IMG/VR virus record: IMGVR_UViG_3300027733_001072 | Coordinates: 1 to 34,970 of that record | Source: a virus | Lineage: Duplodnaviria; Caudoviricetes | Reading direction: 5' to 3' (one strand) | Length of the DNA stretch: 34,970 nt | In this document: positions 1 to 9,874 of the stretch, piece by piece | How the letters are laid out: every line of letters begins with the position of its first letter | Numbering within the stretch: position 1 is the first letter of the stretch | Position numbers and translations under genes: made by a program | The notes under the pieces: generated by a model | What the model was told of the DNA's origin: nothing | Database searches by the model: none | The model's input: the letters and a program-made list of their open reading frames with translations, nothing else

Positions 1-2
1 AC

Positions 3-236
3 AAATACGATAGAGAAGTAAACTTTCCAACATGTTGGTTAGCTGCTAATTACGACGATATTTTACCTGCAGGCACTCCTATTATACAGTGTATTCCATT
101 TAAACGTAGTACTACTATTCACGATTGTGAAGTTCGTCCATTTACGGATGCTGAATTTAAAAAACATGAGATTACCAGAATGAAACAAGATAATCAAAAT
201 AGTTATTATGTAAACAATCTTAGGGTAAAAAAATAA
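3..236 (+). CDS. 5'-truncated hypothetical protein, paralog of the next gene (DUF6065-like)
   Basis: Not in the ORF track. Frame is open from the window edge: KYDREVNFPTCWLAANYDDILPAGTPIIQCIPFKR...LRVKK*. It shares the AGTPxxxxIPxKR motif with 236..988, and its TAA overlaps the next ATG (TAATG). Confidence 0.75.
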   Translation, partial: KYDREVNFPTCWLAANYDDILPAGTPIIQCIPFKRSTTIHDCEVRPFTDAEFKKHEITRMKQDNQNSYYVNNLRVKK

Positions 237-988
237 TGTCAATCTTTTCAACAATTAAATCGTCAGTATCTAACATGTTTACTCCAGAGCCAATGATTAA
301 ATTTAAGTGCTGTGTTCCAGGGTACGAAATTGGCCAACCAGTTAAACGTGCAATGGATGTAAAACCAGATTGGATGATTAAACAATTAAAAGAAGCCGAA
401 CGTACTAATAGTCATAAATTTTCATCATGTCCAGGCATGCATGATTATTATAGATCTGGGTATATCATTCCTGCATGGGAAGATTTTGAAATTGTAGTAA
501 ATGATAAAACTGCAAATATTAAAGTTGGTATACACAACCATGTTAGAAATGACAGTTTTGAACGTATGGCATATAGCGTACTTGCAGGTGCAGCTAACAT
601 TGATGAGGATATTAAACCTCATGCATTAAAATTACCATGTCCGTGGAAAGTATTTACTAAACCTGGATATTCTGCATTTGTTATGCCTGCATTCTATCAC
701 TCACCATTTTTAAGAGATTTATTTTTATATCCAGGAATAAACGATTACGATCATTATCACACTATCAATGTTATGTTTTCACCATTGCGAAAAATGCATG
801 TTAAAATATATGCAGGTACTCCAATGTTACATGTTATTCCATATAAACGAGAACATATTACTGCCGAAGTTGGTTTATTAACTCAAAAAGAAGACGGTCT
901 TGCTAATTTTACATACCGGACTAAATCTCCTGGCTTTTATAGAAAATGGTTACACCAAAAGAAAACAACTGATATAACTTACCTTTAA
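236..988 (+). CDS. DUF6065-like hypothetical protein (possible dUTPase-like beta fold)
   Basis: 250 aa ORF with motifs SCPGMHDYYRSGYIIPAW, PWKVFTKPGYS and AGTPMLHVIPYKRE, typical of a family common in large phages. The family name is from recall. Confidence 0.6.
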   Translation: MSIFSTIKSSVSNMFTPEPMIKFKCCVPGYEIGQPVKRAMDVKPDWMIKQLKEAERTNSHKFSSCPGMHDYYRSGYIIPAWEDFEIVVNDKTANIKVGIHNHVRNDSFERMAYSVLAGAANIDEDIKPHALKLPCPWKVFTKPGYSAFVMPAFYHSPFLRDLFLYPGINDYDHYHTINVMFSPLRKMHVKIYAGTPMLHVIPYKREHITAEVGLLTQKEDGLANFTYRTKSPGFYRKWLHQKKTTDITYL

Positions 989-995
989 TCTTATA

Positions 996-1044
996 ACCAT
1001 ACCTGACTAATTGTATAAATACTACAATATAGTTGGGTATCGGT
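996..1044 (+). promoter_or_regulatory. Stem-loop enclosing the late promoter at its apex
   Basis: ACC-ATACCTGACTA-ATTGTA (996-1015) pairs with TACAAT-a-TAGTTGGGTAT-c-GGT (1023-1044), with two G-U pairs and two bulges; loop TAAATAC. Confidence 0.6.
1014..1021 (+). promoter_or_regulatory. T4-type late promoter TATAAATA
   Basis: Exact T4 gp55-dependent late consensus in the intergenic region upstream of the structural genes. Confidence 0.75.
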
Positions 1045-1088
1045 CAAATTTGCAGATTGTATCAACCAACTCACAATCGGATAATATA

Positions 1089-1421
1089 ATGGCAACACTC
1101 TTAAAAAACAAACTCCTTGCTAATGTTGGTGCTACAGAAACCCTAATTCTTACTACCGGTTCAGCAACTCGGGTAACTGTAATTGGGTTAAGTTTAACAA
1201 ATACCAGCGATGCTATTATTCTTGCATCGGTTCGAATCCTCGATACCACAACCTCAGACACAGCATACTACATTAAAAATGTAATTGTACCATCTCATCA
1301 AAGCTTACGCGTAGTAAACGGCGGCGAAAAATTAGTTTTAAGCCAATCTATGAGTGTATATGTGCAATCAAATTTAGATAATAGCATAGATCTCGTTATG
1401 AGCTATGTTGAACTTACATAA
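1089..1421 (+). CDS. Small virion structural protein (110 aa), same family as 20957..21277 and 21929..22240
   Basis: Start reassigned from the TTG at 1011 to the ATG at 1089 (MATLLKNK). It has a beta-rich pattern (TVIGLSLTNT...IVPSHQSL...KLVLS...V.V.S...VMSYVE) shared with the MATGRLG proteins. Confidence 0.7.
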   Translation: MATLLKNKLLANVGATETLILTTGSATRVTVIGLSLTNTSDAIILASVRILDTTTSDTAYYIKNVIVPSHQSLRVVNGGEKLVLSQSMSVYVQSNLDNSIDLVMSYVELT

Positions 1422-1430
1422 GGGAATATT

Positions 1431-1784
1431 ATGACATATTACGTCGGTGGTGAAATTAGCCAAGCAGACTTATTAGGAGCAAATGCTAGATATTTTTATG
1501 CATTGCGCAGAGCAGATGACGGGACAGTTTATTTTGATAAAATTGATCAATTAGCATCTGATAATGCAACAATCACAATAAACATTCCAGGTCCACCTGA
1601 AGATAACTTTAATGATTTTGATTATAACGCAGATTTCTTTGATGGGCGATTAGCTGATCATACAAGGCCGCATCCTAATTTGTTCATTGACCAATATCGA
1701 TGGGATAACAGAAATTGCTTTTATTACATAAATGACAATGGCGAATTTGTAGTTCGTATTAATCAAGCATACGTTTATTCATAA
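1431..1784 (+). CDS. Hypothetical phage protein, probably virion-associated
   Basis: 117 aa acidic/aromatic ORF with an AAGGGA SD, tightly packed between structural genes. Confidence 0.65.
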   Translation: MTYYVGGEISQADLLGANARYFYALRRADDGTVYFDKIDQLASDNATITINIPGPPEDNFNDFDYNADFFDGRLADHTRPHPNLFIDQYRWDNRNCFYYINDNGEFVVRINQAYVYS

Positions 1785-1816
1785 TTTAACATCATACGAA
1801 TACAGGAAAAAAATAA

Positions 1817-4800
1817 ATGGCAGAATTTAAACTTAGTAGATTCCGATACATATGGGTCGGAGAATGGCAAACTGGTGTCAGATATGATGAAGACTCGGTA
1901 GTACTACATCAAGGTAAAACTTACATATGTAAAACTGGACATACGTCGAGTGCATTATTCCATACTGATCTCATTGCAGATCCTACTAAATGGGATTTAT
2001 CAGTAGATGGAAAATCATGGAAAGGATCATGGGTAACGTCTACATATTACGATTTAGATAACATTGTGCTTGCTGGCGGTACTGCATATCGTTGTATAAT
2101 TCCACACACTAGTTCTCAATTTCAGGATAACACTGCTAACTGGGCAGTATACGCAGAATCATCAAACTGGAATACAATTTGGTCTCCTAACACTCGATAT
2201 ATTCAAAACGACCTTGTTAAATATGGCGGGATAATTTATAAATGTTTAACTGCCCATACTTCAGCAGCAACTATAACTGATGGATTAGAATTTGATAGTT
2301 CACACTGGACATCATATTATGAAGGGATTGAGTATAAAACTAATTGGTCTATTGCAACTCGATATAAAGTTAATGATTTAGTTAAACTTGATGCAAGTAT
2401 CTTTATTTGTATAGATTATCATACATCAGCTGCATCATTTGATGATACAAAATGGGAAATGTGGTTACCTGGACAGATGTTTGATTCGTCTTGGGCAGCA
2501 ATGACTAACTACAATTTAGGTGATGTTGCTATCTATGGTGGTAATGCATATATTAGTAAAACTGATAATAACAACAATAACAATCCGGTTTCTAGTACAA
2601 CAGAATGGGCATTATTTAACCAAGGTTACAGCATTGCAGGTGATTGGGATACCGAAGTACAATATACGATCGGCAGTGTAGTTCGTCGAGGCGGAGAATT
2701 ATACGAAGCAATTACTAATAGTATTGCAATTGATCCAAGTACTGAACTAACTCCAACCTTTTGGAAATTTATAGTTCCTGGAAAATACTGGACAAATCGA
2801 TGGGCTGTTAACACTGATTATGTAATAAACGATATAGTAGTATGGGGTAATGGTACATATTTAAGTGTAGTTACTCATACTTCAAGTTTAGCTGATCGTC
2901 CAGATTATGATATTGCTAATGACTTTTGGTCGTTAATTATTTCACACAATAAAAATAATGCAATGACTGATTACGGCGATATGGAAACATTTAACAATGA
3001 CAAATACACTGCAATCCATGCTGGTAATCCGCGAGAGATATTGCGTACTACTCAAGCAGTTCCGGTGTGGTCAACGTATAATGCGTCACCATCAGTATTT
3101 TATGTAGATGTTAATAACGGCATTGATACTCCGTTATACGGTAGGTCAATTGAAGCACCGTGGAAAACAATTAAATATTCATGTGATTTTATTAGACAAG
3201 GTGCATACTATCCAGTTGCAACTGATGGATTGAAAATTAATAAAGGTTGGCTAATTACTGAAATGTATCAATGGATGTTGCATCAAATGTCATCTAGTAT
3301 TGCTCCATTTAGTCCTACATCATTATGGGATCAGTTCTATGCACAACGCGATGCTGGATATTTTATCGATGCTCTTATTTACGATATGCAAAGAGGCGGC
3401 AACAGTCAAACAGTTGCAGCTACTAAACGATTATTTTATTATGGATCATCTGACATATTAGTTAACAGTTTAGTTGAAGCATCAATTCAGTACTTTGTGC
3501 CGTCGTTAACTCGATTATTAAGTCTAATGGTTAGTGTATTGTCAAATACTGATCCGTTAACGAGTTATCAAGTTACAAATGGCGTTGCGGCTAATGAACT
3601 AGTATCTAGAGTTCCTACACCTGATGTTGAGCCAGCTGCAATTGCAGAATTAACTAGCTTAATGGAAATTGTAACTACTGCATTGAGCTTACAAACAACT
3701 AAGTATGTTCCAGCTGATAATACTGGGTTAACTGCAATTTTATATATTAAAACCGGAACGTATAACGAATCGCTACCTATTATTGTACCAGAAAATTTGT
3801 CAGTAGTTGGTGACGAATTAAGAAGTGTTGCTATTCAACCAGTAACTAGTGTTGAATTATTTTGTAAATCTACAGATAGTACAGCTAATACAGTAGTTGT
3901 AACTGACACTACTGGCTTGCAAGATAATATGCAATTACAGTTTATATCTCCGTATGCATTTAATTTACCAACTACGTTCGGCGGTGTTGAATCTGGTAAA
4001 AACTATTATGTTGTTGCTGATTCAATTACGAGCACATCATTCCAAATACAAACTTCTCCAACAATTACATTTGTCGGAACTACGACTAACGGAAGTGATG
4101 TTATTTCAAATGTATCAAAAATTAGTAACCTAACAGTTGGCGCGACAGTTACTGGGCCTGGGATTCCGGCCGATACTACTGTATTGGAATTTAGTCAGTC
4201 TATTAATAGTATTGCAACTATTACTATATCAAATATTGCTACTGCAAGTAATATACTATCAACATTTACTGCAATTGGTGAGTTAGTTAATTTAACTACT
4301 GGGTCCGGTAATATGGTAATTTATGCAGGTGACTGCTTAAAGGATATGTTCTACATGCGTAATGGTACTACAATGCGTAACTTTACCATGTTTGGATTAA
4401 AAGGAACATTAACAGTACCAGATGCTTGGGGGCTTGCAAGACCAACTGGAGGATCATACACTAGTTTAGATCCCGGTACTGGTCCTGACGATAGTTCAGT
4501 GTGGATCATTCGTAGATCACCGTACATGCAAAACATTACTAACTTTGGTGTAGGTTGTACCGGCACTAAAATTGATGGTAGTTTGCACAACGGTGGCAGT
4601 AAATCAATGTTGCACAACGATTATACACAAGTTATTAGTGACGGTATTGGCGTATGGTGTACTGGATCAGGTTCTATTACAGAGTGTGTATCGGTATTCT
4701 CGTATTATTCATATATTGGGCATTTTTCGGAAGCCGGTGGAAGAATACGATCAACAAACGGTAACAGTTCATACGGTGTATATGGTGCAGTTAGTGAAGG

Positions 4801-7800
4801 ATACGACTTAAACGAAACACCAATTGTTGGTACAGTGTTTAATAAATCTACACAAGTACAAGCTACTGTAAAAAGCTCATTTACATCTATTGCGCAATTA
4901 TTGAAATTAGAATTTGGAAATGCAGGTGCAGCTTATTATACACCAACTACTAACTTATTAAAATACAGTAATAACTTTTTATTATCATGGTTTACTGATG
5001 GATTAGTAACATTTACTAAAAATAACACTGCTCCAACAGGTTACCCAGAAGCATGGGGTATTAAGGGCACTAGTAATACACCAGGTTCGTCGTATGTTTA
5101 TCAAAATGTTGGTATTAATCCAGCTGGAAATTTATACACAGGGATTAGTGGTGATATTAATACCATTGGTATCGGTATTAACAGCACGTTTAATGTTACA
5201 GTTTCTACTACACTGTATCAAGTAGCTGTTAATAATCCTGGAAATGTATATGCAGTCGGCGATCAAATTAAAATTAATGGTATTAGTTTAGGCGGCATTA
5301 CTGGCGTTAACGATTTAATCATTACCGTTAGTACAATTGCTACAACGTTATGGTCAAGTGGCGGTATTGCTACCTCTGGAAATTATTATTCTTACACTAG
5401 TTTGTCTGGTATTACTCGGTATTATTTGGCAACTAGTAATGGTACATTCTCAACATTTGGCCCAACGTTTGCTAGTGGGTCAAGCACTAACGGAACAGTA
5501 TCGTTAACGTACGGCGGCGATGGTGGAGTAGGTAGCATTTCAACATTTACGTATGCTGGTAGTGTGCCAAGTAACAGCGATCAGAATTATACGTTAAGTC
5601 TTTATGTTTATGCTGGATCATCGTCATCGTTTACATTAGAAGGTGTATTTTCAGGAGCTAGCACCCGTACAAGTGGCATACATTATAACGTAGTTTCAAA
5701 AACAGCAACTCCGTATGCAGCAAACGGTGGATCAGTACCTACTAATTACGGTGTGCAAAAAACGTTAATCCCAAAATGGTACAGAATTTGGGTTGCGATT
5801 ACTGATCCTGCAGGTATTAATGAAACCTTACAATTTAGATTTTACCCAACTGGAAAAACTGCACCTGTAGCAGATGCTTATTCAGTAGTATACGGTGCTC
5901 AAATAGAAATTTCTAATTCAACGCATGCACCGAATTTTTATCTTGATTCTACAAGTCAAACATACACGGCTTATGCAAACTTCCAAGTAGTTGGCGCAGG
6001 AACCGGTGCGGTGTTTTTAGGTAATGAAATTAGATCTAATGCTGTATTCCAAGGTAGAATTGTAACCGATGATAACGGCGTAACAGGCGGCAAAGGTTAT
6101 GTAACTGCATCAAACAATTTGCAATACGGTGATCCGTACTACGCACAACTTGCTGAATCAGATAGTGGTACTAACAATTATGTTGGAATGAGATTAGTTG
6201 TTGAAACTGGATCAGGAGCTGGCCAATACGGGTATATTTCGTCATTTAATCCTGTAAATAAAACTGTTCAAATTTTAAGAGAGTCATTTGACGAATTAAC
6301 TATTATATCTACTACTAGTGGCACTAATGTGTTAGGGTTAAGTGTAAGTGACGATTTAAGTCAATTATATGTTAACCAACTAGTACAAATTATGCCAACA
6401 TACTATACTACTATTGTAACACAAACGTCTACTTCTTCAATGCAAATGACTGATGCAATTGGCGGTACTGTAAACACTCTCACTGTAACTAATACCGCAG
6501 CCTTGCATATAAACATGCCAATTTCTTTTTCCGGAACTGCATTTAGTACAGTAACTACTAGTTATACCTATTATATAGTTAACATTATCGATAACTATAC
6601 TATTCAAATTTCGAATGATTTAGGCGGCGATACATGGCAACTTACTTCCGAAACTGGTAACTTGCAGTTAAATTACCCAAATTACTATAATTATTTAACT
6701 GCGAATTCAACTGCAAATATGTTAATTAACGAATCTGTTACTTTTACAGGCGCATCAATTGGGGGCATTGAGTTAGGTATAAACTATTATATTAGTGACA
6801 TAGTCGATTCTCATAATTTTACAATTTCAACAGCTCAAGTATCAGACACTGCAACTGCAACTACTACAACTTCAGTTACAGTTAGTGGCACTACTAGTTT
6901 TATTCCATTAAATCCAATTATTTTTAGTGGGACAAGTTTTGAAACAAACGTTACTACTGGGACAAAATATTATATTAGTAAAATCCTTAACGAAACTACA
7001 TTTAGTATTGCAACATCAATTATTACAGTTACTGCAACTATAACTGAATTTGGGTCAAATCTAATAACAGTTACATCAACTGATGGGTTTGTACAAAATC
7101 AACCTATTAAATTTAGTGGGCTAACGTTTGGTGGAATAGTTGCCGAAAATGTGTATTTTATACAAGTAGTAAACGATTCATCCACGTTTACCATTAGTCA
7201 AGTTTCAGGCGGATCTGTTAAATTGTTAACATCTGCACAAGGTGTAATGATGGGGAAAACATGTCCGGCACCAGCGGCATTAGCAGGCGGCACCGGTACT
7301 ATGACAGTAACTTCTACAGGAGCAAAAGTTTCAATATCAAACGGTATTGGCTTAATGAATGTTACATTTACATCGTCATTATTTGGCGGAGTAGCAACTG
7401 GGACTAATTATTATGTGTTAAGTATTTCTAGTGGAAATATTACATTAAGCACGTCTGAAGGCGGCAGTCCTATAACACTAACTACTGCTAGTGGAAACAT
7501 GAAACTTGGTGCAGTTGGGTGGGACAATATTACTCCAGGATTAGTAGCAGTTAGTACCTTAGATAATACAAGCAAGTATACAGTTGAACCTAGAACTATT
7601 TTTTCAAAACCTCCATTTACCCAAGCAGGTGCAACGTCAGTTGTAACGCTAACCGGCGGCGCACAATGGAAAGATATTGGATACGGTAATGACATATTCA
7701 TTGCAATACCTAGTAGCGGGAATATTGGAGCAACTTCAACTGACGGCCTTAGTTGGGTATCAATGATATTGCCGTTATCTGCCAATTGGTCAAATATAAC

Positions 7801-9832
7801 ATATGGAAATAAATATTGGGTTGCAATAATTGATGGAAGTGCATCAATGGCATATTCGATCTCAAATGGCGCAGGTTGGAGAGTTTCATCATTACCTAGT
7901 TCACGCGCATGGAAATATGTAACATATGGTAATGGTGTGTTTGTTGCAATCGTAGGAAGCGGGACGTATGCTGCATACTCAACTAATTACGGAAAAACAT
8001 GGACTGCATCAACATTACCAGCTATTGTTTCAACTTGGATTGGGTTATCATATGGATCTGGTGTATTTGCGGCAGTATCACAATCTGGAAATGTAGCATG
8101 GAGTTATGACGGCGCATCATGGCAATCATCTTTAACATCGTTAAATTCTAATACGTTAGCATCAGTAGTTATAACAGGATCTGCAGGACAATTTTCATGT
8201 ACTGCAACTACTATCCCATTAGAAGTAAATCAAACTGTAACTATTTCAGGAACAAAAGCAGGTACCGGTGCAATTGCTGGTTATACTGATCCTGCAACTT
8301 ATTACATTATTGCAACTAATGGGTCAACATCGTTTACATTATCATTAACTAAAGGCGGAACTGCAATTGGGACTACTGCAGGTACTCCTACCGGGTTAAC
8401 TTATAAGTTTACTTCAGGTGCGTTTTCTGCGTTAACATATGGTAATAATAGATTTGTTGCTATTCAAAATCAAGATTCGGTTTATGCATCATACAGCTTT
8501 GATAGTATCCATTGGTTCCCGTCTGTAACATATGTAATTGGTACTGATATTGCATACGGCCAAGGTGCATTTGTAACAGTTTCTAATATGAGCACTGTAT
8601 CATATACTAGCAACAGTGGATTATATTGGAATACAAAATTTATTTTTAATAGTGGATATACTACAATTGGGTTTGGTTTTACTGATGCACATGTTGGAGT
8701 ATTTCCAACATTAGGTAGCGGAAATATAGGTAGTGTAATTGAAGCAGGCACAAAAACTCAAGGGCGTGTAAAAATGGACTCCGGTGTAATTAGTACAGTT
8801 GTACTGTGGGAACCGGGTTCAAATTATTTAGAATCACCAACGTTGGAAATTATTGATCATAATTTAGCAATTGCAGCAGTTATTACTCCTCGGATTGATA
8901 GCGGATCGTTAGCAAATCCGACAATTATTAATAGAGGATCAGGGTATAATACATCGTCAACGGTTATTACTATTTCCGGTAATGGTTATTCTGATGCATA
9001 CCAAAGTGGGTATCGATTAATTGTTAATAATTTAAATAATGTACCAGCAGTTGGAAGTAACTTAACTATTGAAAACGACAGTCAAGTATATAAAGTAACT
9101 AATGCAGATGTAGTTTACGGTTCAACTGCGCCATTTATTGAAGCAAATATACAAGTGTCGCCTACGATTACTAACGTAAAAAGTCCAGAAAACGGAGTAG
9201 CAGTTAGTATACGACAACTGTATAGTCAATGTCGATTAACTAACCATGACTTTTTATCAATTGGTGCAGGTAATAGAGAAAGTACTAACTATCCATATGT
9301 TGATCCAAATTTAACAAAAATACAAAATATAACAGTTGAATTAAATCAAGGACGTGTATTCTTTACAAGTACTGACCAAGATGGTAACTTTAATGTAGGT
9401 AACTTATTTGGTGTTCAACAATCAACTGGTACAATTACATTAAGTGCTACCCAATTTGGATTAGAAGGATTAGACGCATTAAGCTTAGGCGGTATTGCAG
9501 TAGGCGGGTCTAGTGTTATTATTACGCAGTTTAGTACCGACCCTACATTTACTGCTAGTTCAGATTATGTTATTTCAACACAACGTGCTATTAAATCATA
9601 CTTAACTAGCAGATTAAGTCAAGGTGGCGCAAACACATTTACAGGCCAATTAACTGCAGGTACAGTTATGGTAGGCGGTGCAGATCGTATAAGATCGTCA
9701 GTACCAAATGGACAATTAGGATCAGTTATTAATCTAGCAAATGCACGCATAAATGCTTCTGGAATGGACGGCAATTATGCTGCGTTACAGTTCTTTATGA
9801 ATAGTGGTATTCATCGCGGAACTGAATTTTGA
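1817..9832 (+). CDS. Giant virion structural / fibre-like protein A (2671 aa)
   Basis: AGGA SD. N-terminal W-x-G-x-W...Y...D.V...G..Y.C...HTS repeats (CBM5/12-like), beta-helix motifs (FYVD..NG, IKTGTYNE..PI.VP....GDELR), Asp-box/propeller repeats (YGNG.FVA, S.DG.SW) and a C-terminal HDFL.IG / GRVFFTSTDQDGNF motif. Confidence 0.85.
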   Translation: MAEFKLSRFRYIWVGEWQTGVRYDEDSVVLHQGKTYICKTGHTSSALFHTDLIADPTKWDLSVDGKSWKGSWVTSTYYDLDNIVLAGGTAYRCIIPHTSSQFQDNTANWAVYAESSNWNTIWSPNTRYIQNDLVKYGGIIYKCLTAHTSAATITDGLEFDSSHWTSYYEGIEYKTNWSIATRYKVNDLVKLDASIFICIDYHTSAASFDDTKWEMWLPGQMFDSSWAAMTNYNLGDVAIYGGNAYISKTDNNNNNNPVSSTTEWALFNQGYSIAGDWDTEVQYTIGSVVRRGGELYEAITNSIAIDPSTELTPTFWKFIVPGKYWTNRWAVNTDYVINDIVVWGNGTYLSVVTHTSSLADRPDYDIANDFWSLIISHNKNNAMTDYGDMETFNNDKYTAIHAGNPREILRTTQAVPVWSTYNASPSVFYVDVNNGIDTPLYGRSIEAPWKTIKYSCDFIRQGAYYPVATDGLKINKGWLITEMYQWMLHQMSSSIAPFSPTSLWDQFYAQRDAGYFIDALIYDMQRGGNSQTVAATKRLFYYGSSDILVNSLVEASIQYFVPSLTRLLSLMVSVLSNTDPLTSYQVTNGVAANELVSRVPTPDVEPAAIAELTSLMEIVTTALSLQTTKYVPADNTGLTAILYIKTGTYNESLPIIVPENLSVVGDELRSVAIQPVTSVELFCKSTDSTANTVVVTDTTGLQDNMQLQFISPYAFNLPTTFGGVESGKNYYVVADSITSTSFQIQTSPTITFVGTTTNGSDVISNVSKISNLTVGATVTGPGIPADTTVLEFSQSINSIATITISNIATASNILSTFTAIGELVNLTTGSGNMVIYAGDCLKDMFYMRNGTTMRNFTMFGLKGTLTVPDAWGLARPTGGSYTSLDPGTGPDDSSVWIIRRSPYMQNITNFGVGCTGTKIDGSLHNGGSKSMLHNDYTQVISDGIGVWCTGSGSITECVSVFSYYSYIGHFSEAGGRIRSTNGNSSYGVYGAVSEGYDLNETPIVGTVFNKSTQVQATVKSSFTSIAQLLKLEFGNAGAAYYTPTTNLLKYSNNFLLSWFTDGLVTFTKNNTAPTGYPEAWGIKGTSNTPGSSYVYQNVGINPAGNLYTGISGDINTIGIGINSTFNVTVSTTLYQVAVNNPGNVYAVGDQIKINGISLGGITGVNDLIITVSTIATTLWSSGGIATSGNYYSYTSLSGITRYYLATSNGTFSTFGPTFASGSSTNGTVSLTYGGDGGVGSISTFTYAGSVPSNSDQNYTLSLYVYAGSSSSFTLEGVFSGASTRTSGIHYNVVSKTATPYAANGGSVPTNYGVQKTLIPKWYRIWVAITDPAGINETLQFRFYPTGKTAPVADAYSVVYGAQIEISNSTHAPNFYLDSTSQTYTAYANFQVVGAGTGAVFLGNEIRSNAVFQGRIVTDDNGVTGGKGYVTASNNLQYGDPYYAQLAESDSGTNNYVGMRLVVETGSGAGQYGYISSFNPVNKTVQILRESFDELTIISTTSGTNVLGLSVSDDLSQLYVNQLVQIMPTYYTTIVTQTSTSSMQMTDAIGGTVNTLTVTNTAALHINMPISFSGTAFSTVTTSYTYYIVNIIDNYTIQISNDLGGDTWQLTSETGNLQLNYPNYYNYLTANSTANMLINESVTFTGASIGGIELGINYYISDIVDSHNFTISTAQVSDTATATTTTSVTVSGTTSFIPLNPIIFSGTSFETNVTTGTKYYISKILNETTFSIATSIITVTATITEFGSNLITVTSTDGFVQNQPIKFSGLTFGGIVAENVYFIQVVNDSSTFTISQVSGGSVKLLTSAQGVMMGKTCPAPAALAGGTGTMTVTSTGAKVSISNGIGLMNVTFTSSLFGGVATGTNYYVLSISSGNITLSTSEGGSPITLTTASGNMKLGAVGWDNITPGLVAVSTLDNTSKYTVEPRTIFSKPPFTQAGATSVVTLTGGAQWKDIGYGNDIFIAIPSSGNIGATSTDGLSWVSMILPLSANWSNITYGNKYWVAIIDGSASMAYSISNGAGWRVSSLPSSRAWKYVTYGNGVFVAIVGSGTYAAYSTNYGKTWTASTLPAIVSTWIGLSYGSGVFAAVSQSGNVAWSYDGASWQSSLTSLNSNTLASVVITGSAGQFSCTATTIPLEVNQTVTISGTKAGTGAIAGYTDPATYYIIATNGSTSFTLSLTKGGTAIGTTAGTPTGLTYKFTSGAFSALTYGNNRFVAIQNQDSVYASYSFDSIHWFPSVTYVIGTDIAYGQGAFVTVSNMSTVSYTSNSGLYWNTKFIFNSGYTTIGFGFTDAHVGVFPTLGSGNIGSVIEAGTKTQGRVKMDSGVISTVVLWEPGSNYLESPTLEIIDHNLAIAAVITPRIDSGSLANPTIINRGSGYNTSSTVITISGNGYSDAYQSGYRLIVNNLNNVPAVGSNLTIENDSQVYKVTNADVVYGSTAPFIEANIQVSPTITNVKSPENGVAVSIRQLYSQCRLTNHDFLSIGAGNRESTNYPYVDPNLTKIQNITVELNQGRVFFTSTDQDGNFNVGNLFGVQQSTGTITLSATQFGLEGLDALSLGGIAVGGSSVIITQFSTDPTFTASSDYVISTQRAIKSYLTSRLSQGGANTFTGQLTAGTVMVGGADRIRSSVPNGQLGSVINLANARINASGMDGNYAALQFFMNSGIHRGTEF
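1847..2940 (+). repeat. Tandem ~45-55 aa Trp/Tyr repeats (ChtBD3/CBM5-12-like) in protein A; equivalent array at about 9908-11280 in protein B
   Basis: Repeated W....Y...D.V...G..Y.(C)...H(T)S...W units are visible in the translation; boundaries are approximate. Confidence 0.65.
9350..9432 (+). repeat. 83-bp direct repeat, copy 1
   Basis: 81/83 identical to 20501-20583; encodes GRVFFTSTDQDGNFNVGNLFGVQQSTGT. Confidence 0.9.
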
Positions 9833-9853
9833 TAAATATTGAAAAGATAAATA
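9831..9853 (+). promoter_or_regulatory. Tandem late-promoter-like GATAAATA motifs
   Basis: GATAAATA at 9831-9838 and 9846-9853, followed by an AGAGGA SD and the ATG at 9875. Confidence 0.55.
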
Positions 9854-9874
9854 CTATCAGAGGAATTAAAAAAT

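Noticed and set aside
1011-1088. N-terminal 26 aa of the ORF-track call 1011..1421
   Set aside because: The TTG start overlaps the late promoter and hairpin; family similarity begins at the ATG at 1089.
2567-2584. Poly-Asn tract (also poly-Gly near 22787 and poly-Pro near 32208) as phase-variable repeats
   Set aside because: Short, mixed-codon, in-frame tracts; no frameshifting potential evident.
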